DNA of 64,000 nucleotides from an uncultured Actinomycetota bacterium. Its GTDB lineage: Bacteria > Actinomycetota > Actinomycetes > JAHEKZ01. The DNA lies in NCBI GenBank assembly GCA_963718235.1, contig CAVQYR010000001.1, positions 1,536,001 to 1,600,000 on the forward strand, in the 5' to 3' direction. The notes under the pieces were generated by a model that was not told where the DNA came from, did no database searches, and worked only from the letters and a program-made list of their open reading frames with translations. Shown here one piece after another: positions 10,426-20,397 of the stretch. Position 1 is the stretch's first letter. Each line of letters begins with the position of its first letter. The position numbers and the translations under genes were made by a program.

Positions 10426-12300
10426 CTAGATGATGCCGATCCGCACGACGCTGCCCTTGGGTGCCTGCGTCCCGCCCTTGGGGTCCTGGGACGCGACCCG
10501 GTTGAGGGGGCTGATCCCGAACGGCTCGTAGATGTCCGGGACGAAGCCGGCCGCCTTCAGCTTGGCGATCGCGGTGTCGACCGGGTCGTCGATGACGTCG
10601 GGAACCGTGACCAGGGGCGGTCCGAGCGAGACCACGACGTTGACCGTCGTGCCCTGGGCCACCGAGACCCCGGCCCGCGGGTCCTGACTGATGATCGAGC
10701 CCTTGGCAACCCTGGAGCTGTACGCCTCGTCGCTCTGGCTGATCGTCAGTCCCGCGCTCTCCAGGGTGCGCTGCGCCTCGTCGTAGGGGGTGTTGGTCAC
10801 GTTCGGCACATTGACGGGGGGCAGGCCCTTGCTCACCACCAGGTCGACCGCCGTGTCGGGGCGGACCGACTGCCCCGCCCTCGGCTCGGAGCTGATCACG
10901 CGCCCTTCGGGAACGCTCGAGGAGAACTTGCGGGTCACTGCACCCACCGTGAGGTTGTTCTTCGACAGTGCCGCCCGGGCCTCGTCCACGGTGAGGTTCT
11001 CCAGCCGGGGGACGTCGTAGCGCTCCGGCCCCTTCGACAGGATCAGCACGACCGTGCCGTCGCGGCTCACCCGGTCGCCGGGGGCCGGGTCGGACTCCAC
11101 CACCTGACCCTCGGGGACGATCTCGCTGAACTGCGGGTCGCCGTAGTCGAAGGCGAGTCCGGCCTCCTGCAGCGTGGTCTCGGCTTGCTTGCTGCTGACG
11201 CCGACCACGCCCGGAACGGTCGTGTACCGACCGCTGCCGAGCCACCAGGCCAGCCCTCCCACCCCGACGGCCAGCAGCACGACCAGCAACAGGGCCAGCG
11301 GACCGCGCCATCGCTTGCGGCGTGCCGGCGCCGAGGGCTCTTGGACGGCCGGCGGGACCGCCACCACTGACGTGTCGTGCTGGGTGGGTCGGTCGACGAC
11401 GGCCGTCTGCTGGAGGTCCTCGTCGAGCACGGCCGGTGCGGGCTCGACGACGAGTAGGCGACGGACGGCCTTGACCTGGCTGAGAAACACCCCCGCGTCG
11501 GCGGGACGCCGCTCCGGATCGCGCGAGGTGGCCTGCAGCACCAGCTCGTCGAGGCTCGCCGGGAGGGACGGGACGCTGCGGGAAGGGGCCGGGACGGACT
11601 GGTTCACGTGCTTCGACGCGACATCCCACGCCGTGTCACCGGAGTACGGCGGCTGGCCGACGAGCATCTCGTAGAGCAGGATCCCGGCCGCGTAGATGTC
11701 GGTGCGCGGGTCGACGTGCCCGTGCTGCACCTGCTCGGGTGCGAGGTAGGCAACGGTGCCGAGCAGGAGCCCCTGGGTGGCGGGGGTCGCCGTCCCGCCG
11801 GTGGCTGCCCGCGCCAGTCCGAAGTCGGCGACCTTGACGACACCGTCGTCGCGGATCAGCACGTTCTCCGGCTTCACGTCACGGTGCACGATGCCCGAAC
11901 GGTGTGCCGCGGCCAGGGCCTGCAGCACCGGCTCGAGCACGTCGAGCGCCTCAGCGGGTGAGAGCCGGTGCCGCTGCTCAAGCACGTCGCGCAGGGTCTG
12001 GCCGGAGACGTACTCCATGACCAGGAACACCACGCCGTCGTCGTCGCCCTGGTCGAAGACCGACACGACATGGTTGTCGTTGAGCCCGGCCGCGGACTGC
12101 GCCTCGCGGGTGAATCGAGCCACGAAGTCGGCGTCACTGGAGAATGCCGGGCTCATCACCTTCAGTGCGACTGTGCGGTTGAGGCGGGTGTCCAGCCCCT
12201 CGTAGACGGCTGCCATGCCCCCCCGGGCAAGCAGCTCCGAGACGAGGTAGCGACCGTCGAGTGTCCGGCCCACCAATGGGTCGATCCCCGTCCTGTCCAC
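10426..12300 (-). CDS. pknL: Membrane Ser/Thr protein kinase with PASTA repeats (PknL-like)
   Basis: HRDVKPEN, DFGLAR, APE; TM helix; about four PASTA repeats; divergent from an Rv2175c-like gene. Confidence 0.88.
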   Translation of the reverse strand: MDRTGIDPLVGRTLDGRYLVSELLARGGMAAVYEGLDTRLNRTVALKVMSPAFSSDADFVARFTREAQSAAGLNDNHVVSVFDQGDDDGVVFLVMEYVSGQTLRDVLEQRHRLSPAEALDVLEPVLQALAAAHRSGIVHRDVKPENVLIRDDGVVKVADFGLARAATGGTATPATQGLLLGTVAYLAPEQVQHGHVDPRTDIYAAGILLYEMLVGQPPYSGDTAWDVASKHVNQSVPAPSRSVPSLPASLDELVLQATSRDPERRPADAGVFLSQVKAVRRLLVVEPAPAVLDEDLQQTAVVDRPTQHDTSVVAVPPAVQEPSAPARRKRWRGPLALLLVVLLAVGVGGLAWWLGSGRYTTVPGVVGVSSKQAETTLQEAGLAFDYGDPQFSEIVPEGQVVESDPAPGDRVSRDGTVVLILSKGPERYDVPRLENLTVDEARAALSKNNLTVGAVTRKFSSSVPEGRVISSEPRAGQSVRPDTAVDLVVSKGLPPVNVPNVTNTPYDEAQRTLESAGLTISQSDEAYSSRVAKGSIISQDPRAGVSVAQGTTVNVVVSLGPPLVTVPDVIDDPVDTAIAKLKAAGFVPDIYEPFGISPLNRVASQDPKGGTQAPKGSVVRIGII

Positions 12301-12419
12301 AACGGGCCAGTCTAGGTTGGCGCGCGCGACGATCCGGGCTGCGCCATCCCGGGTGTCGCATGCAGCCGTGGCCCTGCCGTAGCGGTGGTGGGGCGAGCGG
12401 TCATGGCAGGCTGACCACC

Positions 12420-12806
12420 GTGACGTCGACCTCCGCCATGGACGAGCCGGCCGCCGCTGACGTCGATCAGCTGGTCGGGGACTGGCTGACCCTGCCCGAC
12501 CTGGCCGAAGCGCTGGGGCTGGACATCCTCAAGGTGCGCCAGCTCGTGCGCGACCGCCGCGTGGCGGTGGTCCGACGGGGGGAGCGGCGGATCGTGAGTG
12601 TCCCGGCTGCGTTCGTGCTCGACGGTCAGCTCGTCAAGGGTCTGACCGGTCTGCTGACGGTACTGGCCGACGGTGGGTTCCAGGCCAACGAGGCGCTGCG
12701 CTGGATGTTCACCCCGGAGGCCACGCTGCCCGGCACCCCGATCCAGGCGCTGCGGGAGAACCGCGGCACCGAGGTGCGTCGACGCGCCCAGGCCCTGGCG
12801 ATGTGA
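12420..12806 (+). CDS. Rv2175c-family DNA-binding protein
   Basis: WLTLPDLAEALG HTH, TPIQALRENRGTEVRRRAQALA C-terminus; start 12420 or 12438. Confidence 0.85.
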   Translation: MTSTSAMDEPAAADVDQLVGDWLTLPDLAEALGLDILKVRQLVRDRRVAVVRRGERRIVSVPAAFVLDGQLVKGLTGLLTVLADGGFQANEALRWMFTPEATLPGTPIQALRENRGTEVRRRAQALAM

Positions 12807-13162
12807 CCGTGGGTCACTGGTCCTACCTGGCGGTGCTGGCCTTCGTCGTGGTCGGCAGCGGCTGGCTGGAGCTGGTGCTGCGGACCAGGGTCTACCGCAG
12901 GTGGCGCCGGCTCGCACTCGCGGTCGCGCCCGTGATGGCGGTGTTCGTCGGGTGGGACCTGTATGCCATCGCCCGGGGGCACTGGACCTTCGACGCCGAG
13001 CGGACGAGCGGGATCGAGCTGCCCGGCGGCGTGCCGCTGGAGGAGCTGCTGTTCTTCGTCGTCGTGCCACTCGCGGCGATCCTGACCTTGGAGGCCGTGC
13101 GCTCGGCGAAGGGCTGGACCGTCGGCGACGAGGCACCACCGGCCGACCGTTCGACGACATGA
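12803..13162 (+). CDS. crtYc: Lycopene cyclase subunit (CrtYc-type)
   Basis: Hydrophobic; WD..AI..G.W.F and PLEELLFF motifs. Confidence 0.85.
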   Translation: MTVGHWSYLAVLAFVVVGSGWLELVLRTRVYRRWRRLALAVAPVMAVFVGWDLYAIARGHWTFDAERTSGIELPGGVPLEELLFFVVVPLAAILTLEAVRSAKGWTVGDEAPPADRSTT

Positions 13163-13587
13163 CCTACACCCAGCTCGCGCTGCTCGCCGTTGCAGCAACG
13201 GTCGTGCTCGACCTCGTGGTCCTTCGCACCGCACTGCTGAGGCGCCGGGTGTTCTGGGTCTCCTACGCGATCATCGTCTTCTTCCAGCTGGTGACCAACG
13301 GCGTGCTGACCGGCTTCTCCATCGTCCGCTACGACGGCGACACGATCGTCGGCGGAGCCGAACCGGTGTTCCTCGGGTCGGGGCGGATCGCTTTCGCTCC
13401 CGTGGAGGACCTGCTCTTCGGGTTCGCGCTGGTGGTCTCGGCCATGGCCGGGTGGGTCTGGTGGGGCCGCCGCGGGGTGCAGCGGGTTCCGGTGGCCGGC
13501 CCACCCCGCTGGCGTGACCGGTCGGACGACAAGGGGGGTGCCTCAGGTGCCCCGGCGCGCCCACACGGCGCGCCCCCACGCGGGTAG
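13159..13587 (+). CDS. crtYd: Lycopene cyclase subunit (CrtYd-type)
   Basis: ATGA-coupled start MTYTQL; NGVLTG and PVEDLLFGF motifs. Confidence 0.82.
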   Translation: MTYTQLALLAVAATVVLDLVVLRTALLRRRVFWVSYAIIVFFQLVTNGVLTGFSIVRYDGDTIVGGAEPVFLGSGRIAFAPVEDLLFGFALVVSAMAGWVWWGRRGVQRVPVAGPPRWRDRSDDKGGASGAPARPHGAPPRG

Positions 13588-14457
13588 GGCCACACCGACC
13601 CGGCGGGGGACCGACACCGTGGCCCGCCGGTCGAACACCTGGTAGTCGATCCGTTCCACCTCGTCGACGATGCCGCAGTACAGGACCCGTGCCGCCTCGA
13701 TGCACGGCCGGCTGGTCGGGTCGAGCAGCGCGATGCCGGGTCGTGCCTCCTGCTCGAGCCGGCGAACCCTGGCGATCTGGAAGCGCAGCAGCTGACGTAC
13801 CCGGTCGTCCACGACCCGGCGCTCCAGGTCCTGGCGCGTGAGGTCGAACCGGCGCAGGTCCTCCAGTGGCAGGTACACCCGGCCGCGGTCGAGGTCCTCG
13901 CCGACGTCGCGCACGAAGTTGGCCAGCTGGAACGCCGTACCCAGCTTCATCGCGTACGCGTACGCCGCGTCGTCGAGCGGCTCGAGCACCGAGACCATCT
14001 GCAGCCCGATCACCGCGGCCGACCCGTAGACGTACTCGTACAGGTCGGAGTAGGTGTCGTACTCGGTGACCGTCAGGTCCATGGCCATCGAGCGGAGAAA
14101 GGCCTCGAAGTGATCCCGAGGAATGCTCCAGCGCCGCACCGTGTCGACCACCGCAGCGCCGATCCGGTCGTCGCTGGACCCACGGTCCAGGTCGTGCAGG
14201 AACTGCTCGCCCCACGTGGTCAGCTGCTGGGCCTTCTCCTCCGGGCTGAACGTGCTCGCCAGGTCGTCGACGATCTCGTCCGCGTACCTGGCGAACCCGT
14301 ACAACGCATGGACGTAGGGGCGCTTGGCCGCAGGCAGGAGCAGCGTGGCCAGGTAGTACGTCTTGCCGTGCTGGGAGTTCAGCCGCCGACAGGCCTCGTA
14401 GGAGTCGCGCAGCAACGCGTCGTGGATGCCAGCGGCGTCCAGCTCACGTCGGCTCAT
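13543..14457 (-). CDS. crtB: Phytoene synthase
   Basis: KTYYLAT, ADEIVDD, FQLANFVRDVGED, GRVYLP. Confidence 0.93.
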   Translation of the reverse strand: MSRRELDAAGIHDALLRDSYEACRRLNSQHGKTYYLATLLLPAAKRPYVHALYGFARYADEIVDDLASTFSPEEKAQQLTTWGEQFLHDLDRGSSDDRIGAAVVDTVRRWSIPRDHFEAFLRSMAMDLTVTEYDTYSDLYEYVYGSAAVIGLQMVSVLEPLDDAAYAYAMKLGTAFQLANFVRDVGEDLDRGRVYLPLEDLRRFDLTRQDLERRVVDDRVRQLLRFQIARVRRLEQEARPGIALLDPTSRPCIEAARVLYCGIVDEVERIDYQVFDRRATVSVPRRVGVALPAWGRAVWARRGT

Positions 14458-14471
14458 GAGACCATCCTGCC

Positions 14472-14864
14472 GTGCGACGTCACGGGCTGGCGGTCTGGAT
14501 GCTGGCGCTGCTGCTCAGCGGTTGGCTCACCGCCGGCTGTGCGACCGGCGCCGGCCAGTCGTCCGACGAGGCGGGAGTGTCGGGACTGCCTGTCGTCGCC
14601 GTCGAGGATCTGCCGGTCGAGGCGCAGGAGACTCTTGAGCTGATCGACGAGGACGGTCCGTTCCCGTTTGACCAGGACGGCGCGCAGTTCCAGAACCGCG
14701 AGGCGCTTCTGCCGTCGCGCCCCAGTGGCTACTACCGCGAGTTCACCGTGGTGACGCCGGGTTCGTCGGACCGCGGAGCCCGTCGTATCGTGTCTGGTGA
14801 CGACGGCGATCGCTACTACACCGACGACCACTACGCATCGTTTCGTGAGGTGATCACGCCATGA
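14472..14864 (+). CDS. Secreted guanyl-specific ribonuclease (barnase/RNase Sa family), predicted lipoprotein
   Basis: Lipobox LTAGC; FQNRE, YYREFTV, GARRIV, YYTDDHYASF catalytic motifs. Confidence 0.9.
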   Translation: MRRHGLAVWMLALLLSGWLTAGCATGAGQSSDEAGVSGLPVVAVEDLPVEAQETLELIDEDGPFPFDQDGAQFQNREALLPSRPSGYYREFTVVTPGSSDRGARRIVSGDDGDRYYTDDHYASFREVITP

Positions 14865-15289
14865 CCGTGAGTCTGGTGCTCGCCGGAGAGCGACGAGGGG
14901 TCTTTCGCCTCGACGGCCCCACGAACGGGCTGATCGACGCTGCGCGCGACCGCGGATGGCACGTGGTGACCCTCGACACGGATGGGACGGTCGACAAGGA
15001 AGGCTTCATGACGGCCGTCGACGACGCGTTCGACCTCCCGGAGTGGTTCGGGCGCAACTGGGACGCCCTCGATGAGTGCCTTCGGGCCTTGGACCTCGAC
15101 GAACCAGACGGCGTGCTCGTGCTCTGGGAGAACTGGGACGGGTTCGCCGTCGCCGACCCGGACGCCTTCGAGACCGCCATCGAGGTGTTCCGCGACGCCA
15201 CCGTGGCCTGGCACGACGACGGGACTCCGGGCGCAGTGGTGCTGCGAGGCGACGGTCCGGAGACCGACCTGCCGTCCCTGACCCGCTGA
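14861..15289 (+). CDS. Barstar-family ribonuclease inhibitor
   Basis: PEWFGRNWDALDECLR motif; ATGA overlap with the RNase. Confidence 0.9.
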   Translation: MTVSLVLAGERRGVFRLDGPTNGLIDAARDRGWHVVTLDTDGTVDKEGFMTAVDDAFDLPEWFGRNWDALDECLRALDLDEPDGVLVLWENWDGFAVADPDAFETAIEVFRDATVAWHDDGTPGAVVLRGDGPETDLPSLTR

Positions 15290-15295
15290 CCGCGG

Positions 15296-16798
15296 CTACC
15301 GCCGTAGCGCACGGGACCGGTAGGTCGGGTCAGGCCCCGTGATCCGCTCGGCCGCCAGCCGCCCGGAGATGAGGACCATCGGCACACCGACGCCGGGCGT
15401 CGTGCCCGAGCCGGCGAACACGACGTTCTGGCCCCAGATGTTCCTCGGGCGGAACGGACCGGTCTGGGCGAAGGTGTGCGCGGAGGCGAACGGTGAGCCT
15501 GCTGCCATTCCCCGGGCGCCCCAGTCGGGTGGGGTGATGGCGTGCTCGACCTCGATCGCATCGGTGAACCCGACGTAACCGCGCGCCTCGAGCGTGGCCA
15601 GCATGTGGTCGCGGTAGCGCGGGAGCTCTCGCTGCCAGTCGATCGTGGACTCGAGGTTGGGCGTGGGGAAGAACACGTAGTACACGTGCTGGCCCGCGGG
15701 GGCCAACGACGAATCGGAGTAGGTCGGGTTCGTCACGAGGAACGACGGATCGGACATCAGCTGCTTGTCGTGGATGAGCTCCTCGAACACCTGGCGCCAG
15801 GCATGTCCGAAGTGGATGTTGTGGTGGGCCAGTTTCGAGTAGCTCGCCGACGACCCCACCAGCTGCAGGTAGCACGAGGGGGAGTACGCGAGACGTCGCA
15901 CGTTCCACGGTTCACGACCCAGCAGGTCCCGGTAGGCGATCGGCAGGTCGGGGTTGAGGACGACGACGTCGGCCGCGATCCGCTCTCCGGCGTCGGTGTG
16001 CACGGCGACGGCGCGGTCGCCCACCAGCTCCACCCGAGTGACCTCGGTGTCGTAGCGGAACTGCACCCCGTGCTTGGTCGCGGCCGCCGCCATGGCAGCA
16101 GGCACTGCGTGCATGCCGCCCTTGGGCGCGTAGACCCCGGCGACGGAGTCCATGTAGGCGATGACGCAGTACAGCGCCAGCGCCTCGTACGGCGACATGC
16201 CGGCGTACATGGCCTGGAACGACAGCACGCGCTCCAGGCGAGGGTCGCTGAGGTAGGAGCGCACCTTGGGTGTCATCCGGCGGAACGCGCCGAGCGCGGC
16301 CAGCCGGGCGAGGTTGGGTGTGAGCAGGTCGAGGGGTGAGTCGATGTTGCGGTCGATGAAGTCGGTCATCTCGTGGCGGTAGAGCGCCGACACGAAGTCG
16401 ACGTACCTGCGGTAGCCGTCGGCCTCGGCGGGGCCGCACACGGCGGCGACCTCCTCGGCCATGGCGTCGACGTCGGCCTTGACGTCGAGGCTGGAGCCGT
16501 CCGGGAACCACGCCCGGTAGAGCGGGTCGACCGCGGTGAGCTCCAGCCAGTCACCCATCTCCTCGCCGACACAGTCGAAGGCGTCGGCGATCAGGTCGGG
16601 CATCGTCAGGACTGTGGGGCCGTTGTCGAAGGTGAACCCACCGTCGCTGATCACGCCTGCGCGTCCACCGGGCACCGTCTCCCGCTCCAGGACCGTCACG
16701 CTGCGACCGGCACCGGCCAGGCGAAGCGCCGCCGACAGGCCCGCCAGGCCGGCTCCGACCACGACGATGTGGTCGGTCCTTCCGGTGACTTGGCGCAT
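15296..16798 (-). CDS. crtI: Phytoene desaturase
   Basis: GAGLAGL FAD fold, FDNGPTVLTMP, PGVGVPMVLISGRLAA. Confidence 0.92.
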   Translation of the reverse strand: MRQVTGRTDHIVVVGAGLAGLSAALRLAGAGRSVTVLERETVPGGRAGVISDGGFTFDNGPTVLTMPDLIADAFDCVGEEMGDWLELTAVDPLYRAWFPDGSSLDVKADVDAMAEEVAAVCGPAEADGYRRYVDFVSALYRHEMTDFIDRNIDSPLDLLTPNLARLAALGAFRRMTPKVRSYLSDPRLERVLSFQAMYAGMSPYEALALYCVIAYMDSVAGVYAPKGGMHAVPAAMAAAATKHGVQFRYDTEVTRVELVGDRAVAVHTDAGERIAADVVVLNPDLPIAYRDLLGREPWNVRRLAYSPSCYLQLVGSSASYSKLAHHNIHFGHAWRQVFEELIHDKQLMSDPSFLVTNPTYSDSSLAPAGQHVYYVFFPTPNLESTIDWQRELPRYRDHMLATLEARGYVGFTDAIEVEHAITPPDWGARGMAAGSPFASAHTFAQTGPFRPRNIWGQNVVFAGSGTTPGVGVPMVLISGRLAAERITGPDPTYRSRALRR

Positions 16799-16807
16799 GG
16801 TTGGAGG

Positions 16808-17869
16808 CTAGACGCGACGGGCGGTGGCTGCGACGGCGAGCTGGGCCAGCACGTCACGGGCCGGATCGGCCACGGGCGCGAGCGACGCCAGGGCTCGATC
16901 GGTGAGCGACTCGATGAGCGACTCGACCTCGGCCAGGGCGCCCGTCTCGACGATGACGCTGCGCAGCTCCTCGATCCCGCGCGGGCTCAGGTGTGGGTCG
17001 CCGAGGTGACGGAGCACGAGGCTCTCCTGGGCCGGGGTGGCGCGCTGCAGCGCGACCGCGACGAGCACCGTGCGCTTGCCCTCGCGCAGGTCGTCGCCCG
17101 CCGGTTTGCCGGTCTCCGTCGGGTCACCGAAGACGCCGAGCACGTCGTCACGCAGCTGAAAGGCCTCGCCCAGTGGAAGGCCGTAGTCGGAGTAGGTCTC
17201 CACCAGGGCGGGCGGGGCGCCCGCCAGAGCGGCGCCGAGGTGGAGTGGGCGCTCGACGGTGTACTTGGCGGCCTTGAACCGGGCCACCAGCATCGCTCGC
17301 TCGACGGACCCTCCGCCGCGCGCCTGCTCGAGGAGGTCGAGGTACTGACCGGCCATGAGCTCGGTGCGCATGTGGTCGAACACCGGCTTGGCCCGCAGCA
17401 GTGCCTCGGCCGGGAGGCCGCTGCCGAAGAACAGCTCGTCGGACCAGGAGAGTGCCAGGTCGCCGAGCAGGATGGCCGCCCCGACGCCGAACGACTCCGG
17501 CGAGCCGAGCCACTGGGAGCCACGGTGCAGCCCGGCGAAACGGTGGTGCACGCTGGGCTGACCCCGTCGGGTGTCGGAGTCGTCCATCACGTCGTCGTGG
17601 ATGAGCGCGCAGGCCTGCAACAGCTCGAGCGCAGTTGCGGCGGCGACGATCGCGTCGTCGTCGGCGGCTCCGGCGCCGCGCCAGCCCCAGTAGCAGAACG
17701 CCGGCCGAAGTCGCTTGCCGCCGGCCAGGAGCCCGGTCAGGGAGTCCATCAGGGGGCTCAGGTCGTGGCTCACTTCGTCGAGGCGGGGCACCTGGGACTG
17801 AAGGAAGTCGTCGAGCCGCTTCTGCACCCGGTCGCGCAGCCCCTCGGCGTCCAGAACGGAACCCATCAC
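16808..17869 (-). CDS. crtE: Geranylgeranyl diphosphate synthase (polyprenyl synthetase)
   Basis: GGKRLRP, HDDVMDDSDTRRG, FQLRDD, GKPAGDDLREGK; start 17869 (GTG) or 17866. Confidence 0.9.
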   Translation of the reverse strand: MMGSVLDAEGLRDRVQKRLDDFLQSQVPRLDEVSHDLSPLMDSLTGLLAGGKRLRPAFCYWGWRGAGAADDDAIVAAATALELLQACALIHDDVMDDSDTRRGQPSVHHRFAGLHRGSQWLGSPESFGVGAAILLGDLALSWSDELFFGSGLPAEALLRAKPVFDHMRTELMAGQYLDLLEQARGGGSVERAMLVARFKAAKYTVERPLHLGAALAGAPPALVETYSDYGLPLGEAFQLRDDVLGVFGDPTETGKPAGDDLREGKRTVLVAVALQRATPAQESLVLRHLGDPHLSPRGIEELRSVIVETGALAEVESLIESLTDRALASLAPVADPARDVLAQLAVAATARRV

Positions 17870-17939
17870 GTAGCGAGCGTAGTCGCGGGTGTTCGGCCCC
17901 GCAGGTCGGTGCAGCCCCACGCCTACCTAGGGTTGTCGC

Positions 17940-18854
17940 ATGGCTCACGCAGTTGCGCCCGTGCCCGGTGGGGCCGCCACGGTGGCCGAGCTGGTCGCGT
18001 CGGGGCGACACTCCTGGTCCTTTGAGTTCTTCCCACCCAAGACCGACGAGGGCGAGCGGCAGCTGTGGCAGGCCCTGCGTGAGCTCGAGAGGCTGTCGCC
18101 GACGTTCGTCTCCGTGACCTACGGCGCGGGGGGCTCCACCCGTGACCGCACCGTCCGGCTCACGGGGGAGATCGCGGCGACGACGACCTTGACGCCGGTG
18201 GGGCACCTCACCTGCGTCGGAGCCTCGGTGGCCGAGCTTCGACGGGTGGTCGGCCACTATGCGGCTTCCGGCGTGAGGAACGTGCTGGCGCTGCGCGGCG
18301 ATCCTCCCGGCGGGCTGGGCACGCCGTGGCAGCCCCATCCGGGCGGGCTCGAGCACGCCGACCAGCTGGTGTCGCTGGTGAAGTCGCTCGGAGACTTCTG
18401 CGTCGGGGTCGCGGCCTTCCCCGAGGGGCATCCGGAGTCTCCCGACCTCGACTCCGACGCCAGGCAGCTGGCCCGCAAGGTTTCAGCGGGGGCCGACTTC
18501 GCCGTGACGCAGTTCTTCTTCGAGCCCGACCCCTACTTCAGACTCCTCGAGCGTGCGGCTCGTCATGGCTGCACCGTGCCGATCGTTCCCGGCCTGATGC
18601 CGGTCACCAACGCGTCTCAGATCAAGCGGTTCGCCGAGCTGTCCGGCACGTCGATGCCCCCATGGCTGCTCGACCGGCTCAGCGACGTCGAGGACGACCC
18701 GGTCTCGGTTCGCTCGCTGGGCGTCGAGCTCGCGACGGACCTGGCCAAGCAGCTGTTGGACGGCGGTGCGCCAGGGCTGCACTTCTACACTCTCAACCGC
18801 TCGACAGCCACGCGCGACATCTACGCGAACCTGGGTCTGGCGCACCGCCCCTGA
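17940..18854 (+). CDS. metF: Methylenetetrahydrofolate reductase
   Basis: SFEFFPPK, VTYGAGGS, HLTC, LRGDPP, TQFFF, HFYTLNR. Confidence 0.95.
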   Translation: MAHAVAPVPGGAATVAELVASGRHSWSFEFFPPKTDEGERQLWQALRELERLSPTFVSVTYGAGGSTRDRTVRLTGEIAATTTLTPVGHLTCVGASVAELRRVVGHYAASGVRNVLALRGDPPGGLGTPWQPHPGGLEHADQLVSLVKSLGDFCVGVAAFPEGHPESPDLDSDARQLARKVSAGADFAVTQFFFEPDPYFRLLERAARHGCTVPIVPGLMPVTNASQIKRFAELSGTSMPPWLLDRLSDVEDDPVSVRSLGVELATDLAKQLLDGGAPGLHFYTLNRSTATRDIYANLGLAHRP

Positions 18855-18868
18855 CCGCAACACCGTCG

Positions 18869-20362
18869 CTAGGCAGGGCCGATCTGCTGGGCCACGATCG
18901 CGGCACCCAGCCCGACCAGAGGCAGCCCGCCGCCAGGATGCGCCGAGCCGCCGACCAGGAACAGGCCGGGTACCGGCGAGCGGTTCGCCGGGCGCAGGAA
19001 TGCCGCCCGCGGCCCGTTGCTCGACGTCCCGTAGATGGAGCCGCCAGGGGTCCTCGTGTCGTGCTCGAGGTCGGCCGGGGTGCGGACCTCCCGCCAGAGC
19101 AGCCGGCCGCGAAGGTCGGTGCCGCGGGACGCAAGGACCTCCAGCACGCGGTCGGCGTACCGGTCGGCCAGGCCCGCAGCCGTCCAGTCCGTTCCGCCGG
19201 CCGGGTCGTGCCGGGGTGCGTTGACCAGGACGAACCACGACTCGTGGTCGGCGTCCGGACGCATGGCGTCGTCGTCGGGGACGCAGGCGTAGACCGTCGG
19301 GTCGTCGACGAGGCGACCTCCGAAGACGGCGTCGAACTCGGCGTCGTAGTCGTCGGGGAACCACACGTTGTGGTGCTGGATGCGCGGTGTGCGCCCCTTC
19401 ACCGCCAGAAGGAGCACGAAGCCGGCCAACGACGGCGTGGTCCGGCTCAACGCCTGCAGGGGTCGACGGCCTCGGTCGTCGTGCAACAGCTCCCGGTACA
19501 CCGTCGACGCGTCGGCGTTGGCGATGACGATGTCGGCTGGCACCGTCTCACCGCTGGCCAGGCGTACCCCACTGACCGCGGTCGGGTCGGTGTCGATCGC
19601 TGTCACGTCGGTGTCGAACGAGAAGGTGATGCCGCGCTCGACACAGCGGTCGAACAGCGCGTCGGCGAGGCCGCGCACCCCACCCCCCACATGCCACGCG
19701 CCGAACGTCTGCTCCACGTACGGGACGACGGCCAGCACGGCTGGTGCCTTGCGGGGATCCGACCCGGTGTACGTCGCGTACCGGTCGAGCAGCGTGCGCA
19801 GTCGGGGGTCGGTGAGGTACTGGCGGCCGACCCCGCGAAGCGATCGCCACGGGGCGATGGTTCGCAGGTCGGAGACCCGGCGGCTGTACCTGACCAGGTC
19901 CCTTGCCCTCAGTGGGCTCTCGAGGAAGGGCACCCGGGTCGCGGCCCACATGGCGCCGGCCCGGCGGCTGAAGGCGCTCCACTGGGCGCCCGCGTCGCCG
20001 CCCAGGGCGTCGTCGAGGGCGCGGGCGACCCGGGCGTGGTTGGCGCCGGGCAGCACGGCCGATGCTCCATCGGCCCAGCGGTAGGCGAACGCGGGGTCCA
20101 GCGACTGGAGGTCGAGGTTGTCCTCCAGTGCGGCGTTGGCTCGTCGCAGCGCAGTCTTGAGGAACAGGTCGCGGTAGACAGCGGGGAGCGTCACGAGCGA
20201 GGGCCCGGTGTCGAAGACGAAGCCCTCGCGGCGGTAGCTGCCGACCTTGCCACCATGGGTGCTCGACGCCTCGAGCACGACGACGTCGTGTCCCTGGGCC
20301 GAGACCCGGGCTGCGGCGGCCATACCGCCCATGCCTGCACCGACCACGACCACGCGTGCCAC
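18869..20362 (-). CDS. crtD: Second CrtI-family desaturase, probably 1'-hydroxycarotenoid 3',4'-desaturase (CrtD-like)
   Basis: GAGMGG, FDTGPSL, RYATYTGSDP, GSIYG, GGSAHPGGGLP; context with cruF/GT2/crtA. Confidence 0.7.
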   Translation of the reverse strand: MARVVVVGAGMGGMAAAARVSAQGHDVVVLEASSTHGGKVGSYRREGFVFDTGPSLVTLPAVYRDLFLKTALRRANAALEDNLDLQSLDPAFAYRWADGASAVLPGANHARVARALDDALGGDAGAQWSAFSRRAGAMWAATRVPFLESPLRARDLVRYSRRVSDLRTIAPWRSLRGVGRQYLTDPRLRTLLDRYATYTGSDPRKAPAVLAVVPYVEQTFGAWHVGGGVRGLADALFDRCVERGITFSFDTDVTAIDTDPTAVSGVRLASGETVPADIVIANADASTVYRELLHDDRGRRPLQALSRTTPSLAGFVLLLAVKGRTPRIQHHNVWFPDDYDAEFDAVFGGRLVDDPTVYACVPDDDAMRPDADHESWFVLVNAPRHDPAGGTDWTAAGLADRYADRVLEVLASRGTDLRGRLLWREVRTPADLEHDTRTPGGSIYGTSSNGPRAAFLRPANRSPVPGLFLVGGSAHPGGGLPLVGLGAAIVAQQIGPA

Positions 20363-20397
20363 GTCGGCGAGCGTACGGGCCCGGTTAGGGTCGAGCC

